DNA of 64,000 nucleotides from Candidatus Latescibacterota bacterium (GTDB lineage Bacteria; Latescibacterota; UBA2968; UBA8231): NCBI GenBank assembly GCA_965219385.1, contig CBDCNM010000001.1, positions 546,631 to 610,630 of the forward strand, read 5' to 3'. Shown piece by piece: positions 59,330 to 64,000 of this stretch (position 1 is its first letter; each line of letters starts with the position of its first letter). The notes under the pieces were generated by a model. It saw only the letters and a program-made list of their open reading frames with translations, ran no database searches and was not told where the DNA came from. The position numbers and the translations under genes were made by a program.

Positions 59330-61811
59330 GGTCAAGTCTTGAGGTTCCTGCAAAAATGAGGGCGTGAGACCTCCCTCGACTCAGGCCACGGCACTCAAGG
59401 TCGTGGCGGTGATGCCTAACTCTTGATACAACACCTTGATCTGCTCATGTTCCAACTCGCCCATATGCACTCGCTGCCAGTGCTGCGCCGCCCGGATGAG
59501 GACGGCATAGACCAGTTTGAGGCAGCTCTTCTCGGTGAAAAAACGAGGCAGGATCTTGGTGCGCCGGCGCTCTTCGACAAACGAGCGTTCGATCCGCTTG
59601 GTCGTGCGCACGAACTTACGATGGGTCCAAGGCAGCTTCAGATGCGCCAGTAGCGCCTCCAGGTCTTCCCTAAAGGCTTGGGCCAAGGTAGGCTAACTCC
59701 TAACCCAACTGACGCAAGAAATCCTGGGCGACCTCTTACCGACCGACTCGGTGGGCGCCTCCCGAATCGCCCCCAGATGCGCCTTGATTTCAGTCCAACG
59801 CGACGAAGGCACTTTGGAGTGGAAGTTGCGCATGCGATGTACCCAGCAGCGCAGCCGCAGAGTGTGGGGCCACACCTGATCACGCTCGACCAGACCGCGC
59901 AGGAAAATCAGCCAGGCATCGTAGCTTTCTTGGTTGCCCAAGGCCAGCGCCAGCAACACCTTCTTCCCTTTCAAGGTAAGGCCCCAGACCCACAGCACCG
60001 CTTCCCGCTCGATGCCGTGGGTGCGCAACGGCTCATAGAGCCCGTCGAGCAACAGATACAGCAACGGAATGTCGCTCAGGTTCCGCTGCTGAAAGGCGTG
60101 GTATTCGGTCCACAGCGCTTCGGTGACTTCGCTGACGCCACTGCTGGACAACAGACACTGGCCAGCTTCATCGGTGAACGCCGCTTCGATATCGCGGGTG
60201 GACAGCCCCCGCGCATACCTCTCGTAGGCCAGCCGCTCCACCATCTCCGAATCCCCGCGCAACAGCTCACAGAGCCGACCGATACGGCCTATCTGCCCGG
60301 CGACCTACGGTCGCTGTAGCTCCACCCGGCCTTCGGCTGTGTCCAGATAGCCCCGTTCATAGCCCGTGCGATAGCCGTTGCCCGATCCGCGAAGCGTAAT
60401 GGTCGCGACCGATGAAAGCGGTCTGCTCGGCTTCGAGGGCTTCTTGTACGATCAAGCGACAGCCCAGACGGACCAAATCCGAAAGGGCCGTCGCGGCATC
60501 TTCTGCCTGCATCCTTCATCTGCTCAAAAAACGTGCGGATTTCCTTGCGAAACTGCTCACTAGTGTTGCGTCGTATAAATAACTTTACAAGATGGTGACC
60601 CTGTTGTAGGTTTCTCTTGTCCCCTTTTCTGAAAGGAGAGACCTATGGTGATGGGGCGTCCGTTAACGCCGTTAGAGCTGAGTGCGTCGGACCGAGCACA
60701 ATTGGAATCGATGGCCCATTCACGGAGTCTTCCACACGGGTTGGTGCGGCGAGCGGAGATCGTCCTGCTAGCGGCCGAAGGCTGGCCCCATGAAGCGGTC
60801 GCTGGTGCGGTGGGCGTGACCCGCGCTACGGTCGGCAAGGGGCGCCAGCGTTTTCTCGAAAACGGACTCAATGGCTTGTATGATGAGCGGCGCTCAGGGG
60901 CGCCCCGATCGATTACCGATGAGCAGGTAGCCGAGGTGGTATACAAGACGTTGAAGACCAAGCCCAAAGACCAAACCCAGTGGTCGGTGCGCTCCATGGG
61001 CGCGGAGACGGGCCTGACCAAGGACGCGGTGCATCGCATCTGGCGCAGTATGGTTTGCAGCCCCACCGATACAAGCCCTTCAAGCTTTCCACCGATCCTT
61101 TCTTGGTCGACAAAGTACGGGATATCGTCGGCTTATACATGCATCCATCCGAGCACGCCCTGGTGCTGTGCGTGGACGAGAAGAGTCCGATCCAGGCGTT
61201 GGAACGAAGTCAGCCGCCCCTGGGCCTGGGCTACGTGGAAGGGGTTACGCACGCCTACAAGCGCCCCCCCTGTTTGCCGCCCTGGACGTGGCCACCGGCG
61301 AAGGGATGACTCAGTGCAAGCCTCGTCATCGTCACCAGGAGTTTCTCCAGTTCCTAGGCCACATCGAGGACAACGTGCCCGGCGATCTCGACGTTCATCT
61401 CGTCGTCGACCATTACGCCACCCACAAGCATGCCAAGGTCAAGCAGTGGCTGGCACGGCGTCCCCGATTTCACGTGCACTACACCCCCACCTATTCTGGT
61501 TCAACATCATCACCCGTCAGGCGGTTCGGCGGGACTCGTTCCGCACGGTACGGGAGCGCATCGAGCGCATCGAACGGTACACCGCCCAATGGAACGCCAA
61601 CGCGCCCCCTTTCGTGTGGACCGCGACGGCCGATTCCATCCTCGCCAAGATCAAGAGACTTTGTGAACGAATCTCTGCGACGAAACACTATGAGGGTACT
61701 TTGCTCATGGCGGTGTGATTTCCTTCCTGCCCACTCGGGGCTTTCGTGTGATTGCTTATGAAGGAAGGTACTTCACGCCGCTTCTTTTTGCAGGAATTTT
61801 AAGACATCACC
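59330..61811 (-). mobile_element. IS256-family element (degenerate transposase) with a nested IS630
   Basis: 27-bp TIR GGTCAAGTCTTGAGGTTCCTGCAAAAA versus GGTGATGTCTTAAAATTCCTGCAAAAA; 9-bp TSD ACTTCGGGG (59321-59329, 61812-61820). Fragments YARGLSTRDI, YLLLDGLY, RCWVH, RTTKRIERSFVEERRRTK. Confidence 0.88.
60561..61690 (+). mobile_element. IS630-family element with a frameshifted transposase, inserted at TA
   Basis: Ends TAGTGTTGCGTCG.../...CGACGAAACACTA. HTH region RRAEIVLLAAEG; VLCVDEKSPIQALER; VHLVVDHYATHKH; PFVWTATADSILAK, split over three frames. Confidence 0.88.
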
Positions 61812-61868
61812 ACTTCGGGGTTTCCCGAACATTGGCAGGGAGGCCGCAAAATCATACGAGGAGGTAGC

Positions 61869-64000
61869 ATGGACATGAAGGAGCGCCGATGTATTCAGGT
61901 GGGAAGGAAGTTTTTCTGGTGTGCGGGCACAAGTGTAGTTCTCCTGGTCCAACCCGGCCTGGCCCAGAAGACGGATCGTCTGGCCGAAGCCCTGGACCTG
62001 GTGGGATTCCAACGCGAGGATCTGGGATGCCGGCCCAAGGCCTACTGGTCGCGTTTCCCCGCCATCCGCCACATTCCCCATCTCCTCCCCTTCTTTGAGG
62101 ACCTCTTTGCCGCGCCCCTGCGCACCTACGAGTTCAGCCGGGTGATGGCCGGGGCGGTCGAGGAATACCTCCGTCCAGACTACCGCCGGGAACGGAACGA
62201 TGGCATGTTCAAGGCCACTTACTTCCTGGGCATTGAGAAGAAAATCGTGGGCCCCCGGGGTTACGGTGCCAATGCAGTGGAATTTGTCGGTGGCCCGGAA
62301 CCGGTAATTCGCGCGGTGGAACGGCTCTTCGAGGTCGCGGGGAAAACCCTGGACACCCGGTCTGCGGGTAAGGAGGCGATCTGGCCGCAACGCCGCGTGG
62401 AGTTGAAAAGGCAATTAGACAAGGTCCCTCCTGTACTGCATCAGCCCTTTGCCACCCTCCTCTATCAGATCGCGGATGTGTGGGCGTGGCGCCAGATTGC
62501 CATGGCGCGGGTCTCGGTCGAGGATATGCAGAAGGTCTTCTACAACCGTTCGCTGCACGAAACCCAGCTCGACGGCCAGGAGTACTTGCCGGAATTCGAT
62601 CGGGTCGCCGCCCTCATTGACGAAGTCTCGCTCTACCATGCAGCACAGAAAGCAGTGCAATCCGTGGAGACGGCTTCTCGTGCCTTTCGGGCGATTCTGG
62701 ATTCTACCGACCTCGATCCGCAAAGCCTGTCCTTTGAATTCGCCACCCCCATCGGTATGGTAGTACTTTCAGGGATTGGGGATGACCATCACGCCCGGGA
62801 CAATTGCGCGGTTCTGGTAGATCTGGGAGGAAACGATACCTACGAAGGGCCCATCGGCAGCACCCCTTCTCTGGTCGTCCCGGTGAGTGTGGCCATCGAC
62901 CTGGAGGGGAATGACCGCTACCAGGCCAGGTCCTGGACCATGCCCTCCCAGGGAGCCGGAGTTCTGGGGGTGGGCGTGTTGCTGGACCTTGGAGGCAAAG
63001 ACCGCTACGAAGCCGGAGTCATGGCCCAGGGTGCCGGGCTTTTCGGCTTTGGTTTGCTCTGGGACGAGGAGGGCGACGACGACTACAAAATCCAGTACAG
63101 CGGCCAGGGGGCCGGCTATTTCGGCATTGGTCTTCTGGTGGAGGGTGCGGGCAACGACCGCTACTACCTGTGGGGGGATGGCCAGGGATTCGGTGGCGTA
63201 GGAGGAGGAGTGGGGACACTGGCCGATGTCTCAGGGGAGGATCGCTATGTGGCCGAGATGGACGCCCATATCGCTGGACGAGGGGATTACCACACCAACA
63301 TGCGGGTACCCAACTCCAATGCCCAGGGCGCGGGGATAGGGCGGCGCGGCGATATATCGGACGGTCACGCCTGGGCCGGAGGGCTGGGGACCCTGATGGA
63401 TCTGAGCGGCAATGACGTCTATGAGTCGGGCAACTGGGCGGCCGGGTGCGGTTACTGGTTTGGCATGGGTTTGCTCTATGACGGGGCGGGGGATGACCTC
63501 TACCAGAGCGTGTATTTTTCCATGGCCTCCGGAGCCCATTTTGCTATTGGCGCGATCTTCGACGAGAGTGGAGATGACCAGTACAAGATGATTGATTCGC
63601 CAGCCCTCAATGATCTGGTGCCACCGGGCGAGGGCATGAATGCCTGGGGCGGGGGAGGACTGGCTTTTGGCTGGGATTTCACCATGGCAATGCTGGTCGA
63701 CAAGGCTGGAGACGATTATTACCAGGCCCGGATCATCAGCGGGGCTCAGGCCATGATCCGCTCCACCGCAATCCTGGCCGACCTGGGCGGCAGTGATAGG
63801 TACGTCCTCCCCCGGGGTGCGGGCGGCGGCAACGCGCACTTTATGAAGGGGTACGCCGACAACGTGCCGCCGTTTCAGATCGAGTACGGGCCTTACAGTC
63901 ACTACGGCACCAACTTCGGTTTTCTCCTGGATGCAGGTGGTGAGGACCGCTACTTCGAATGGGACGAGAATGGCCAGCACGCTCCTGCAGCGATCTGGAA
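61869..64000 (+). CDS. Secreted protein with tandem G-hh-D-x-x-G-x-D-x-Y repeats; runs off the window
   Basis: Not in the ORF track (no stop in the window). GGAGG RBS, ATG 61869. Same-frame repeats VLLDLGGKDRY, LLWDEEGDDDY, LLVEGAGNDRY, TLADVSGEDRY, TLMDLSGNDVY, LLYDGAGDDLY. Confidence 0.78.
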   Translation, partial: MDMKERRCIQVGRKFFWCAGTSVVLLVQPGLAQKTDRLAEALDLVGFQREDLGCRPKAYWSRFPAIRHIPHLLPFFEDLFAAPLRTYEFSRVMAGAVEEYLRPDYRRERNDGMFKATYFLGIEKKIVGPRGYGANAVEFVGGPEPVIRAVERLFEVAGKTLDTRSAGKEAIWPQRRVELKRQLDKVPPVLHQPFATLLYQIADVWAWRQIAMARVSVEDMQKVFYNRSLHETQLDGQEYLPEFDRVAALIDEVSLYHAAQKAVQSVETASRAFRAILDSTDLDPQSLSFEFATPIGMVVLSGIGDDHHARDNCAVLVDLGGNDTYEGPIGSTPSLVVPVSVAIDLEGNDRYQARSWTMPSQGAGVLGVGVLLDLGGKDRYEAGVMAQGAGLFGFGLLWDEEGDDDYKIQYSGQGAGYFGIGLLVEGAGNDRYYLWGDGQGFGGVGGGVGTLADVSGEDRYVAEMDAHIAGRGDYHTNMRVPNSNAQGAGIGRRGDISDGHAWAGGLGTLMDLSGNDVYESGNWAAGCGYWFGMGLLYDGAGDDLYQSVYFSMASGAHFAIGAIFDESGDDQYKMIDSPALNDLVPPGEGMNAWGGGGLAFGWDFTMAMLVDKAGDDYYQARIISGAQAMIRSTAILADLGGSDRYVLPRGAGGGNAHFMKGYADNVPPFQIEYGPYSHYGTNFGFLLDAGGEDRYFEWDENGQHAPAAIW

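Noticed and set aside
60645..61718. 357-aa ORF as an intact IS630 transposase
   Set aside because: Only the N-terminal HTH region and extreme C-terminus are in this frame; the catalytic motifs lie in two other frames, so it is a pseudogene.

Overview
A GC-rich bacterial window. The FlgD-Ig/T9SS-like C-terminal tails and the many secreted glycan-active proteins suggest an FCB-superphylum organism such as Latescibacterota (inference only). It has four parts. (i) Secreted catabolic genes: two alkaline-phosphatase-superfamily phosphodiesterases, three ~1.2-kaa GH42-like proteins, two near-identical DUF4838 proteins, an esterase and a repeat protein. (ii) A visibly AT-richer island (~12.1-19.8 kb) encoding a dynamin-like GTPase, a membrane partner, a HerA/FtsK-type ATPase, a WHH/HNH nuclease and an SMI1/KNR4 immunity protein; this is a candidate undescribed conflict or defence system. 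(iii) A ~21-kb co-oriented envelope cluster (31.8-52.7 kb): two CTD-tailed secreted proteins, four paralogous ~900-aa putative outer-membrane proteins with acidic Ca-binding motifs, a large TPR protein, a DUF4159 protein with a TonB-like anchor and a lipoprotein with a TonB-C/AgmX-like domain; this is a candidate undescribed secretion or uptake machine. (iv) Mobile-element debris: a 134-bp MITE, an IS3 remnant, IS982, IS630 nested in IS256, a BrnT/BrnA toxin-antitoxin pair and a 0.7-kb partial duplication. No rRNA, tRNA or CRISPR array was seen. Family assignments come from motif recognition by eye, not database searches.
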